Shown piece after piece: positions 27,879 through 37,228 of a DNA stretch of 53,805 bases. The notes beneath the pieces are model-generated. The model made no database searches. It saw nothing but the letters and a program-made list of their open reading frames with translations, and was not told the DNA's origin. The translations under genes were made by a program, and so were the position numbers. Within the stretch, counting starts at the first letter, position 1. Each line of letters starts with the position of its first letter. Origin of the DNA: Candidatus Micrarchaeota archaeon (lineage in GTDB: Archaea > Micrarchaeota > Micrarchaeia > Micrarchaeales > CABMGC01); NCBI GenBank assembly GCA_021828295.1, contig JAKASF010000004.1:1-53805 (forward strand), given 5' to 3'.

Positions 27879-28238
27879 CTAAGCGACGTGATTTGGGAGA
27901 TCTGCCAGCCTGCTGTCAAGTTTGCCCCTTGCGACCATCTCCTCCGTATGGATTGCACCGGCGATGTTCCACATCGCCTGGGCCAGGTGGTCCTCGTCGC
28001 GCTTGCCTTCTATGTGCTGGTTTATGTGACGCAGCGCCGAGTCGAGAAACCTTGAGATTGGCATGCCTTTCTCCCAGTTGCGCTCCCCGTACTTCTTTGC
28101 GCCCTTCTCGTAGACTATGGCCAGCCTCCGCAGCGCAGCGTTGGGTATCAGATCATACCTCCCCTTTCCTTCCCGGGAGTCGCGCTGCGCCCCCGAATCA
28201 AAAACCTGCTTCTTCCCGGAATCCTTTAACCCCGCCAT
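27879..28238 (-). CDS. dATP/dGTP diphosphohydrolase domain protein (DUF5664-like)
   Basis: GKGRYDLIP, GAKKYGERNWEKG, SALRH, EDHLA.A.WN. Confidence 0.85.
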   Translation of the reverse strand: MAGLKDSGKKQVFDSGAQRDSREGKGRYDLIPNAALRRLAIVYEKGAKKYGERNWEKGMPISRFLDSALRHINQHIEGKRDEDHLAQAMWNIAGAIHTEEMVARGKLDSRLADLPNHVA

Positions 28239-28261
28239 ACCATCACTCGTAATCGCAAACC

Positions 28262-28336
28262 TGCTCCCACCGGGATTTGAACCCGGGTTACAGGGTTGAA
28301 AGCCCTATGTCCTTGGCCGGACTAGACGATGGGAGC
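28262..28336 (-). tRNA. tRNA-Glu(TTC)
   Basis: GCTCCCA/TGGGAGC acceptor, CT-TTC-AA loop, GGTTCAAATCC. Confidence 0.95.
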
Positions 28337-28368
28337 GAAGGATACTGCGGCGCTGGCTTATTTATTGA

Positions 28369-28971
28369 TTACCTTCTCGTGAGGAACTTGTCCACAGTTT
28401 CCGCTATCTCCGTGTCTACAGCCTCCTTTTCCTGCTCCCCGCTGACTATCCTGAACCTGAATCTCTTTGCAAGGTTCAGGTACGCTTTCCTTACCTTGCC
28501 CAGCGTCTCCCTCTTCTCGAAGATCTCCCTGCTCCTCTTTTCCTTTGCTATTCTAGATATCGAGAGGTCTGGATTTATGTCGATAAAGATTGTCAGGTCT
28601 GGCATCTGGAACTCGCGGTTCACGTTGTAGAGCCAGTGCGTGTCTACCCCGGATGCGAAACCATAGGCGAGTGTGGAGAACATGTACCTATCGCAGACGA
28701 CAACCCTTCCCTGCTCTAGCGCGGGCAGTATGTCATCCTCCAGGTGCTTTGCCCTGTCAGCGCAGAAGAGAAGCTGTATTGACTTGAAGGGCGCGGCGCC
28801 GCTCTTTTTCAGAACCTCCTTTATCATGCTGCCTATCGCGCCGGTGGTGGGCTCCTTTGTCAGCAGTGTCTTGTACCCGCGCTGTCTAAGATGCGACTCA
28901 AGACTGGCAGCGTGCGCCGAGACCCCGGCGCCGTCGAGCCCCTCGAGAACTATAAAGGTGCCTCTAGCCAC
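28369..28971 (-). CDS. tmk: Thymidylate kinase paralog with altered P-loop
   Basis: FIVLEGLDGAGVSA, TKEPT, LLFCADR..H, CDRY..STLAYG, PDLTIFID; GTG start. Confidence 0.85.
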   Translation of the reverse strand: MARGTFIVLEGLDGAGVSAHAASLESHLRQRGYKTLLTKEPTTGAIGSMIKEVLKKSGAAPFKSIQLLFCADRAKHLEDDILPALEQGRVVVCDRYMFSTLAYGFASGVDTHWLYNVNREFQMPDLTIFIDINPDLSISRIAKEKRSREIFEKRETLGKVRKAYLNLAKRFRFRIVSGEQEKEAVDTEIAETVDKFLTRR

Positions 28972-29129
28972 AGAACTCCCCGATTCACATAACGACAATC
29001 CTGAAAAATTATTTATTAATATGCACAAAAACCCTGCACCTTGATGCCTGCTTTTACGTGCAGGAAAATTTTGATAGGCAAGCGGTAAAAATGCCTGCTG
29101 CGCATTCCCTTGAGAGTTCTGGCGCTTGG

Positions 29130-29780
29130 ATGAGAGGACTGCTTGTCGTGATAGAAGGGCCCGACGGGAGCGGAAAACGCACACAGACCGAGCTCCTGGC
29201 AGAGCACCTTGTAAAGGAGGGGCTTAAGGTGAAGTGGTACTCGTACCCTGATTACGGGTCGCCGTACGGCCGGCTTCTCGCCGAGCACCTGGAGGGTAGG
29301 AAGACGCGAGGCACGAAGGAGGTGTTCCTCCTCTTTCTGGCTGACATGGTGGCAAACGCGGAGGAGGTAGAGAGGGAGCTGGAGACGGGCGGAGTGGTCC
29401 TCATGGATAGGTACTTCCAGAGCACCGTTGCCTACCAATCGGCCACTGGCTTCAGATATGAGGACGCCAAGCGGGTTGAGGACATCTTTGGGCTCAGGGA
29501 GCCTGACATAGCGATTTATACCGACATTCCTAGTGAGACTGCAATGCGCAGGAAGAAGCGCCAGAAGGAGCTGGCTGGAGGGAAGGCCGACAGGCACGAA
29601 ACCAGCAGGGAGATACAGGACAAGGTCAGGGAGGTCTACGAGCGCATGATATCAGAGGGCTATGGGGCAAAGCGGTGGGTAAAAATCGACGGCACTGGAA
29701 GCAGGGAGGAGCAGCACAAGAGGATAGCTGAGGTGGTCGATGCCGCATGCTCCGCCATACGTGAAAAATCAAACAAGTAG
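29130..29780 (+). CDS. tmk: Thymidylate kinase
   Basis: IEGPDGSGKRTQ, YP.Y, MDRYFQSTVAYQ, PDIAIY.D. Confidence 0.9.
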   Translation: MRGLLVVIEGPDGSGKRTQTELLAEHLVKEGLKVKWYSYPDYGSPYGRLLAEHLEGRKTRGTKEVFLLFLADMVANAEEVERELETGGVVLMDRYFQSTVAYQSATGFRYEDAKRVEDIFGLREPDIAIYTDIPSETAMRRKKRQKELAGGKADRHETSREIQDKVREVYERMISEGYGAKRWVKIDGTGSREEQHKRIAEVVDAACSAIREKSNK

Positions 29781-29785
29781 GCGTG

Positions 29786-30064
29786 CTACTTCGAGAGGTC
29801 GTTTACCTCTTCCTTTGTGGTCTCCTGACCGCCAACCGAGGGTGCGGACACGAGCACAACGTCGCCGACGTTCTTGACGCTCTTGTACAGGACGCTCTTC
29901 TGCATCAGTGTCCTACGCATGTCGCCACGCATGCTCTTCATCGGAACCATGAGCAGCCTGCTCACCTCGCCCTTCTCCAGGTCAACTATTATGTCCTGGA
30001 CCTCGCCCAGGTACTGCCCTGAGTCGCTGTAGATGTCCATCCTGTATATCTCGGAAAGCTTCAT
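29786..30064 (-). CDS. PRC-barrel protein (CdpB-like)
   Basis: LSEIYRMDIYSDSG.YLGEVQDIIVD...V.NVGDVVLV. Confidence 0.85.
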   Translation of the reverse strand: MKLSEIYRMDIYSDSGQYLGEVQDIIVDLEKGEVSRLLMVPMKSMRGDMRRTLMQKSVLYKSVKNVGDVVLVSAPSVGGQETTKEEVNDLSK

Positions 30065-30140
30065 CTTCTCGCCTTGTCGCCGCTACTATACCGACGGATA
30101 CATTTATAAGTTTTTTAGAATAGCGGCACTGCGCCTCTAC

Positions 30141-32879
30141 TCATCGCGACTTGACCAACACAGGAGCGGCATGCTTCCTCTGCGTGCTCTTCAAGTGTAT
30201 CGTTTTTTCCTCGTCCAATGCCTTTTCGTACGCCGTGCTTGGTTTCTGCAGACCTTTTGCTATGAGGCTGTTCTCAGTTACCAGCTCTGTGGTCTGTCTC
30301 ACCAGGCGCGACTTGCCATACTCGTCCATAGCCGCGTACACGTCCTGGACCACGCCTCCGTTGATGCCGCGCGTGCTTGTTGGTACTTTTATGCCCTTCA
30401 GATAGTTGTCCTGTGAAGCGTCTTGGATAGAAAGACCTCTGGTGAATACGTGATTGAGCGTCTCCGCCTGCTGGGCGTTATGGAGGTCGTGCGAGAAGGT
30501 CGCCAGCGACTCCGTCTTCCTCTTCTCCAGTTCATTCACCATGCCAGATTTGCTCGCTGCGCCTCTGTGCGTAACAGTAACCCAGAAGTCATTGAACTCG
30601 TCCTTAACCCTGAACGAGGCCGACCCCTGTTCCGTTCCCCTGGCCACTTTTATCCTGCTCTCCCACCCCTCCGGCAGCGCTCCGTTCTGCCCCTCGCGCA
30701 TCAGGTACATCTTGATGTCGTTCCTGAGCCTGGTGGCTTCATCGTGGGCGTCGTCGGCGGTGGTGTTGTTGTAGTGGTTGCCAGAAGCGATCACTATCGA
30801 GCCACCTCTCTTTAGCACATCGAATATTAACTCCCCGAAGTGCTGCATGAACACTATGTCTTGAGAGTCCACGTTCTGTATGACCCTCGTGTGAGGCCTC
30901 TGGAGGTCTATCTCGGGGTCGTTCGCCTCCTTTATGGTGTTCTTGAAGCCGAGCTTGTTGCCCCTGTTGCCTTCAAGGATATCGCCGCCGAAGATCAGGA
31001 AGTCGGGTTCTAACTGCTTCAGGTACTTGACATATGCGTCTATCACGTCCTCCTTGGCCCACCCACCTATGTGTATGTCGCTCAGATCTGCGAACCTGTA
31101 GCGCGCCGCAGGTATAGGCTCGGGGCCGTTCATATAAGGAACCATCTCAACGAGTGTCTTCTTGTTCAGCCAGGCCGCATCCCTCTGCCTCAGCTCGCTG
31201 GGCCTGCGGCTTTTTGCGACAGCAACCTCCAGGTCCTCTTTGATCTCTATGCTGGAGTCTGCAGCCGATTTTCCAGCCTCCCCAAAAGCGGGATCCTTGA
31301 CAGACGCGAACAGCTTCTTTACCGCCTCTCTCTCCTCTATGTCGCTTAGTGCGCGCTGGTCCCTTAGCATCCGCTCCTTGAGAGAGTCGATAATTATGCT
31401 CTGGTCGCGGCCGATTGTCACCATCGTTGCGCCTACGTCTATCAAGGTTCGTTCGACGCTTCTGGTCTCTTCTGTTATCATGCCCTTGTTCCAGTCTGTC
31501 GCAACGCCGCGCTGGCCGTTGCTTCTCCAGAAGGGCCCTTGCTCGAGAGTCACGAGAAGCGACTTCGACTCGCTCCTCAGCAGCTCGAGGGCTCTGGAGG
31601 TGTAAGCAAAATGGCCGCTTACGAGCAGGTTGATTGGCGTATCCTCAAGCCTGTACTTCAACAGCTCTTCGCTGTTCTCGATGTACCTGTTAAGAACCTG
31701 TGCAGGGTATGCGTTGCTGTTTTTAGAGAGCATGGAGCTTAACTGCCCGAGCTCCCTTCCGACTATCACGTTGACCCTGAAGCTGCCGTTCTTCAGTGGA
31801 TAAACCATAATCTTCTCTTCCTGCAGTATCACGTCTCTCTTCCTTCCGAAGACATCCTTGAGCGTAGATGTGTAGAACGACTTGCTCACCGCGTGTATCA
31901 CCTTCATCACGTCAGGAGGAGTCCTTGGGTTGTGCGCGAATCTTGTGACTTCTCTCGTCTTACTCTGTACCTCCTCGCTCACTGCAGCGAAGCTTCCCTC
32001 TTGTAGCCTCTTCTCGATCCTGCTGAGCGAATTGGTTACCTTCTTCTCCTCGGCCATCAGCTTCTTCAGTTCAAGGGAACCTTCTTCGAGCCTCTTCTTC
32101 TGCTCCTCGAGCAACTCCTTCTGCTCCTTCCTCTCGGTTTGCAACTCCTGGAGCTCGTCTTTGGTCAGCTTTTCGGCCTGCATGCCGTACAGTTTAGTGA
32201 GCAGCTTCTGCCTCTCCAGAAGCTCATCAAACTGCTCCCTGTTGATCCTTAGTTTTACCCTGAGGTTCTCAGCCTCAAGCAACATGTCATCGTCCTTTGT
32301 AAAGGCAGGTGATTTGACTATCTCCTGCAACGATGTGACGCAACTTCTTATTGTCTCCTCCTTAGTGTCCGAAGCTTCTATCGTATCAAGCAAGAAGTCC
32401 TCGATCGCCATAGGATCAAAAGCATACGCGAGCTGTATCCTCAAATCCAGATCGTCTGTGTTGTTCCTGTCGCTGACGCCGTGCGTATAGATGAGCAGCG
32501 ACTCGCTCGGCAGTTGCCGCTCGATTCTTTCTATGTGCGGCTTCATCTTCGCTGCCGCATCGTATATGTTCTGTATCCCTTCCTTCAGCGAGAGCAATTT
32601 GTACTTCTTCCTCTTCGAAGCTATGTCTGGTATCTCTGGTATGAGGCCGCCAATTATGTTCAGGATGTCGGGGGTTTCGCTGGGATTGTGCTGCAGATAG
32701 TATGATAGACCGATTAGGTTGTCTGTGCTCATGGCGTTTGACGCTCCGGCTAGCTGGGATATCGTCAGCACTTTGAAGCTCTGCCTTCGCTGGCGCTGAG
32801 CGCCTTCAGTCTCTGAAACAGGAGGACTAGAGCCTTCCTCCACGTCGCCAATTCCAGCCTGAGCCAGATCAGTTCCCAA
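30141..32879 (-). CDS. Large protein: degenerate phosphoesterase with coiled-coil insertion plus C-terminal calcineurin-like metallophosphoesterase
   Basis: SDIH, GGDILEG, SGNH, TH, HDLH motifs; E/K/L-rich heptad region; TTG start at 32879 chosen from upstream GGGGAG (track start 32978). Confidence 0.75.
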   Translation of the reverse strand: MGTDLAQAGIGDVEEGSSPPVSETEGAQRQRRQSFKVLTISQLAGASNAMSTDNLIGLSYYLQHNPSETPDILNIIGGLIPEIPDIASKRKKYKLLSLKEGIQNIYDAAAKMKPHIERIERQLPSESLLIYTHGVSDRNNTDDLDLRIQLAYAFDPMAIEDFLLDTIEASDTKEETIRSCVTSLQEIVKSPAFTKDDDMLLEAENLRVKLRINREQFDELLERQKLLTKLYGMQAEKLTKDELQELQTERKEQKELLEEQKKRLEEGSLELKKLMAEEKKVTNSLSRIEKRLQEGSFAAVSEEVQSKTREVTRFAHNPRTPPDVMKVIHAVSKSFYTSTLKDVFGRKRDVILQEEKIMVYPLKNGSFRVNVIVGRELGQLSSMLSKNSNAYPAQVLNRYIENSEELLKYRLEDTPINLLVSGHFAYTSRALELLRSESKSLLVTLEQGPFWRSNGQRGVATDWNKGMITEETRSVERTLIDVGATMVTIGRDQSIIIDSLKERMLRDQRALSDIEEREAVKKLFASVKDPAFGEAGKSAADSSIEIKEDLEVAVAKSRRPSELRQRDAAWLNKKTLVEMVPYMNGPEPIPAARYRFADLSDIHIGGWAKEDVIDAYVKYLKQLEPDFLIFGGDILEGNRGNKLGFKNTIKEANDPEIDLQRPHTRVIQNVDSQDIVFMQHFGELIFDVLKRGGSIVIASGNHYNNTTADDAHDEATRLRNDIKMYLMREGQNGALPEGWESRIKVARGTEQGSASFRVKDEFNDFWVTVTHRGAASKSGMVNELEKRKTESLATFSHDLHNAQQAETLNHVFTRGLSIQDASQDNYLKGIKVPTSTRGINGGVVQDVYAAMDEYGKSRLVRQTTELVTENSLIAKGLQKPSTAYEKALDEEKTIHLKSTQRKHAAPVLVKSR

Positions 32880-33066
32880 ATGTCTCCCCGGTTTCTTGTG
32901 AAACTCATTGACAGAGAGGGAGTTATATTTAAAAAGAACTAAAAAGCACAACTTTACCTTGCGTGCTCTGGTGCTCAATTTGAATACAAGGTTCGCTACA
33001 TTGAGAAACTTTCAGTTCTGGACTGTTTATAAATGTAACAATTCGCTGGCCGGGTCGAGCAGGACA

Positions 33067-34218
33067 TCATGGCTGCATCCAGTCGATCTCGAAGTAGTCG
33101 TTCGCGCTCCCCGAGAGCTTTATCTGCCTGACCCTGTAGTAGGTGACGGCCGTCTCCCTATCAGCTATTGCAAGAAGCAGGTCGAGGCCGAGCCTCTTTG
33201 CCTCGTTTATCGCCTTAGCGAATTCCTGGCCTCCTATATACTCCTCCTCACTCAGGGAGAGCATCGCGAACCTTGGAGGGTTCCTGCCTGGTGCATCGGC
33301 CTCGCCCCCATGCCTGTGGTACAGAACGAAGTCCACGCCTTCCCTCACCGCCGACGTCTTTCCTGGGACAGCGAGTATGAGCGTCTTCCTGACCGAGTGC
33401 GCTACCCTTATCGCGCGGGCCCATTCCGATATTAGCATCTTCGAGCTCTTCGGGAATACCTGGATCACGTGCTTGGAGTGCGTCTGGTCGCCTCCTGCCT
33501 CCATCGGTTTAGCTCCAGGGAAGTAGACACGGAAATGGGTACCGAACTTGAACCCTGTCTTAACAACATAGCCCTTCTCTCTCCAGTCCTTGTACACCTC
33601 GTACAGGCTCGGGAAGTCATCCCGCATCTCGGTCGCCTGTGCCATAAGAGCGCCTCTCGTAGAGTTATCAAGCGTCAGCACACCGTTGTCCATGAGCAGC
33701 ATTGACTCGAACGCATCGAGCTTGCTCAGGCTACCCCTGTCGGAAGCTTTGTAAGAGCCGTACTGGCCTATCCAAAACTTCTCGTATAGTTGCCTGCCCG
33801 CTTCGGGCTCTTCAATCACTGAGACGAGATCGTTACTGAAAAGCACCCCGTGCAGCTTCGTCTTCGGGAGCCTGAACGACGAAGCGGGGTATGCTTTGGG
33901 CTGGGCCAGGCGGGCTCTGGCGTGGGCTGTCGCGGCGATGGCGACAAGGCCCCTGTCCCTCCAGTCCTTGTATGTGAAGTACCTGGCCATAAATTTCGGC
34001 GCGTCTGCGAATTCTGAAGCAAGTTCGTTGAAGCCAACAGGTTTCCCGTCGCGCTCGCATGCTGCGTTGCGCATGTCCAGCAGGTATAGCGCCTCCTCCA
34101 CGCTTAGCTCGAGGCTTTTGCCACTGCGCCTGCCATAGAATCCTCTCCTGAGTACGTCCGTTGTGGAGTCGTCTGCGGGGGTTATGCGGCCCCTGTCGTG
34201 GAGGGCAAGCTCGAGCAT
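33067..34218 (-). CDS. endA: tRNA-splicing endonuclease, probably three-unit (epsilon2, ARMAN-type)
   Basis: LS.EEALYL, YKDWR.RG twice, KTGFKFGTHFRVY, RVAHSVRK; ~380 aa. Confidence 0.9.
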   Translation of the reverse strand: MLELALHDRGRITPADDSTTDVLRRGFYGRRSGKSLELSVEEALYLLDMRNAACERDGKPVGFNELASEFADAPKFMARYFTYKDWRDRGLVAIAATAHARARLAQPKAYPASSFRLPKTKLHGVLFSNDLVSVIEEPEAGRQLYEKFWIGQYGSYKASDRGSLSKLDAFESMLLMDNGVLTLDNSTRGALMAQATEMRDDFPSLYEVYKDWREKGYVVKTGFKFGTHFRVYFPGAKPMEAGGDQTHSKHVIQVFPKSSKMLISEWARAIRVAHSVRKTLILAVPGKTSAVREGVDFVLYHRHGGEADAPGRNPPRFAMLSLSEEEYIGGQEFAKAINEAKRLGLDLLLAIADRETAVTYYRVRQIKLSGSANDYFEIDWMQP

Positions 34219-34317
34219 GTTCGTCTTAGGTATATCGGCAGCAAAGCGCTTATAAGCTTCTGGCACGTTTTGTGTATCGGCGACGATTTGGCCAGGGACC
34301 CTAGCTACGGGAAGAGG

Positions 34318-35286
34318 ATGCGAAGGGCCAGGACCGCCGTGCTGACGATCCTTGCGCTAAGCATAGGCATGTTCGTGGTGATAGCCGCACTTGCGATGCT
34401 CAACGAGGGGGTAGGCAGGTTCCTTGGTACGCTGGCCTCGATAAACGTCTTCTACTATGCACTGGCGCTCGCCTGCGTCCTGCTCAGCACGATGATTGGA
34501 TTCCCGAAGTGGGACATGTTCCTGCGCAAGCTCGGCATCCGGCTGCAGTGGCAGCAGAACTTCGCGATATACCAGTCGATGTTCTCCATGGACATAACCC
34601 CAGGGAGGTGGGGCAGGGCCGTGGTTGCGTACACAATAAACAGGCTCAAGGGGGTGCGCTTCGGGAAGACGTTCCCGGCGGTTGTAGCGGACATCCTCAC
34701 CGACTTCCTGGGCTTCATCGCTGTGGCCATCGTGACCTCCTTCCTAGTCCACAGCTACACGCTGGTTTCCGTTGCCATAAGCATCCTGCTCCTGATCCCG
34801 TTCGTTTTCATATACGTGAAGGCGCCGTACGTGTGGTTCAAGAGGAAGATGAGGCGCAGGCGCATCCTGAAAGGCGTATTCAAGACCGCGGACCTGTATT
34901 TTGCGAGCAGCAGGTCGCTTGACATAGGAACCTACCTCTATGCAATGCTGTTCACGGTTCCATCTGTAGTGCTGAGCAGCCTCGCCCTATACTTCGTGGT
35001 GCTCAGTTTCGGAATAAACCTGACTCCTGATTTTATACCTACGATGCTGTTCATCTATACCTCGTCGCTGCTCATAGGAATGGTGACCGGCATACCGGGG
35101 ACGCTCGGGGTGACCGATGCGGCCATGCTTGGCTACCTGGTCGCCTTTTTGGGCGGGGTAGGGGTGACGTTCGGGATTGCAGCGGCGATAGTCATCTTCT
35201 ACAGGATAGCGAGCATGTGGTTCACAGAGGGGGTGAGCACAGCCTTTCTCATGTACACGCTCAGGTACTGGAGGGTTAGGAGGTAG
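34318..35286 (+). CDS. UPF0104/lysylphosphatidylglycerol-synthase TM-domain flippase-like protein
   Basis: ITPGRWG, IPGTLGVTD, YRIASMW; polytopic. Confidence 0.82.
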   Translation: MRRARTAVLTILALSIGMFVVIAALAMLNEGVGRFLGTLASINVFYYALALACVLLSTMIGFPKWDMFLRKLGIRLQWQQNFAIYQSMFSMDITPGRWGRAVVAYTINRLKGVRFGKTFPAVVADILTDFLGFIAVAIVTSFLVHSYTLVSVAISILLLIPFVFIYVKAPYVWFKRKMRRRRILKGVFKTADLYFASSRSLDIGTYLYAMLFTVPSVVLSSLALYFVVLSFGINLTPDFIPTMLFIYTSSLLIGMVTGIPGTLGVTDAAMLGYLVAFLGGVGVTFGIAAAIVIFYRIASMWFTEGVSTAFLMYTLRYWRVRR

Positions 35287-36043
35287 CCCTTTCGAGGCTC
35301 TCTCGCTCGGAGAAGCTCAGCTCCCCGGGAACTATCAGCGACAGGACCTTGCCTTCGAGCTCTTTTGACAGGCCGGCCGCCTTGCTCAGCGCTGCGCACA
35401 CCACCTTCTGGTCCTCCCTTCCAAGGTTCGCAAGCACCACTATCTCGCTGTCGTCTTTCAGGGCAGGGAGCTCGGCGTCCTTCAGCGCATCGGAGATTAT
35501 AGACGCTGCTTCAGATATGCTCATCGGCCTGCCGTTCTTGTGGTCTATGTCAAGCAGAACGAGCGTGTGCTGGCCGTTCCGAATGTTTCTGTTTATCGCA
35601 TCAATGAACGACCTTGGCTTGTATCTTTCTGACCAGAAGGGTATGGTGACCGTAGGTCCAAACTTGTAAACATCGAGGCCGCTCTCGCCTATGGCTATGG
35701 AAAAGACAGAGGGCGCGTGTATGACCTTGCATCGTACCTTCTGCGCCCTTGCCTCATTGAGTATGATGCTGTGTGTCGTTGCTATCAGTGGGTCTCCCGG
35801 AACCAGAAGAACCACCTTCTTGTCTTTGGCATTTGCCACCGTTTGTCGCAGCCCTTCTTCGAGATCTTTTCTAGTGACAGGAACGGGTTTCCTGCCTGCC
35901 TGCTTCTCGATGAAGTCTGCATATTCTTTCGGTATGAAGGAGGTGTAGGTTTCGATTAGCAGATCGTCTGCTTCCTTTATCTCTTCCAGCGCTAGGGCCG
36001 AGAGGTCCTTTGTCCCAAGACCCAATCCGATAAGAAAAAGCAT
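35276..36043 (-). CDS. dph5: Diphthine synthase
   Basis: LFLIGLGL, ETYTS, GDPLIATTH, YKFG..VTIP, HTLVLLDI. Confidence 0.95.
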   Translation of the reverse strand: MLFLIGLGLGTKDLSALALEEIKEADDLLIETYTSFIPKEYADFIEKQAGRKPVPVTRKDLEEGLRQTVANAKDKKVVLLVPGDPLIATTHSIILNEARAQKVRCKVIHAPSVFSIAIGESGLDVYKFGPTVTIPFWSERYKPRSFIDAINRNIRNGQHTLVLLDIDHKNGRPMSISEAASIISDALKDAELPALKDDSEIVVLANLGREDQKVVCAALSKAAGLSKELEGKVLSLIVPGELSFSERESLERATS

Positions 36044-36044
36044 G

Positions 36045-37007
36045 CTAATCTTTGATTCCTTCAGGGGTTATCTTTATCACTGTCTCGCCCTCCGGCATGT
36101 TTGGAGAGTCTACAAGCCTGATGATTCTTTTCTCTTCCTTGCTCTTCCTTATGTACAGTCTCGTGGTTGCCGCGTGCGCGACAACATTGCCCCCGACCGG
36201 CGTCGTCGGATCCCCAAAAAGCATGCCAGGATTGTCCATTACCTGATTGGTGATGTAAACTGCAAGCGAGTATGCATCTGATAGCTTCTGCAGCTTGTGT
36301 ATGTGCGCGTTGAGCTTCTGCTGCCTCTCGTTGAGCGCACCCCTGCCAATGAATTCGGACCTGAAGAGCGCCATGAGCGAGTCCACTATGATCAGCTTGA
36401 CGTTCTTCTCGCGGATAAGCTTGTCGGCGCGCTCTATCGTGAGTATCTGCTGCTCTGTGCTTGTCGCCCTGCTCACGTAGATGTTGTCAAGTACCTTCTT
36501 TGGATCCATACCCGCGCCTTCGGCATCGGCCTTGATCCTTTCAGGCCTGAATGTGCCTTCGGTATCGACAAACAGCACAGAGCCGTCCAGGCCTCCTTTG
36601 CCCACGGGCAACTGCGCGTTGACGGCCAGCTGGAATCCGAGCTGCGTCTTGCCGCTTGCGAATCTGCCGTACATCTCTGTTATTCCGTTGGTCTCCACTC
36701 CGCCGCCGAGGAGCTCATCGAGACCCTTGGAGCCAGTGGATATCCTGCCTATCGATTCCCTCTTCTCAAGAACAGCGGTTCCGGTCTGCACCTCGATATT
36801 GGTTGCCTCGCGCGCTGCGTCTATAGCCTTCTTCGCGTTCTCCGCGCTTATCCCTGTTATCTCAGACAGCTCGTATGGGGAAGAGGCTGCGACCTTCTCT
36901 ATGTTGTCGAAGCCGTTGGTCCTGAGCTTCTCTGCGGTAGTTGGCCCTATGCCCGGCAAGTCCTCTAGTTCCTTTACGCTCTTGTCCTTAGCCAAAGAAG
37001 CCCCCAA
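36045..37007 (-). CDS. radA: DNA repair/recombination protein RadA
   Basis: N-terminal HhH, GRFASGKTQ, DTEGTFRPER, PVGGNVVAH. Confidence 0.96.
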   Translation of the reverse strand: MGASLAKDKSVKELEDLPGIGPTTAEKLRTNGFDNIEKVAASSPYELSEITGISAENAKKAIDAAREATNIEVQTGTAVLEKRESIGRISTGSKGLDELLGGGVETNGITEMYGRFASGKTQLGFQLAVNAQLPVGKGGLDGSVLFVDTEGTFRPERIKADAEGAGMDPKKVLDNIYVSRATSTEQQILTIERADKLIREKNVKLIIVDSLMALFRSEFIGRGALNERQQKLNAHIHKLQKLSDAYSLAVYITNQVMDNPGMLFGDPTTPVGGNVVAHAATTRLYIRKSKEEKRIIRLVDSPNMPEGETVIKITPEGIKD

Positions 37008-37193
37008 CAGATAGAACTATTGGGCAACCAAACATTAAATAGCTTCTATATGTGTTCTATCGCACTCCTGGAAGCGCACACCTGAGACCCTCGAGAACAT
37101 CTCCTGTTCCTGTCTCTCTCAGCGTGGCGCTGCTGGGTGGGTTTATAATAATTATGAGGATACTACACGTAGAGCGACTTAAATGGGCCGAAT

Positions 37194-37228
37194 AAAAAAA
37201 GGCCAGCGCGTGCGATGCATGCGCTGGC
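37194..37228 (-). terminator. Hairpin followed by T7 tract
   Basis: Minus strand GCCAGCGCATGC-ATC-GCACGCGCTGGC-C-TTTTTTT. Confidence 0.45.

Noticed and set aside
27182-28336. Integrated provirus at tRNA-Glu
   Set aside because: No integrase, structural genes or duplicated tRNA 3' end seen.
30141-32879. SMC/Rad50 ATPase or PolD small subunit
   Set aside because: No Walker A or signature motif and no OB-fold/DP1 pattern recognised.
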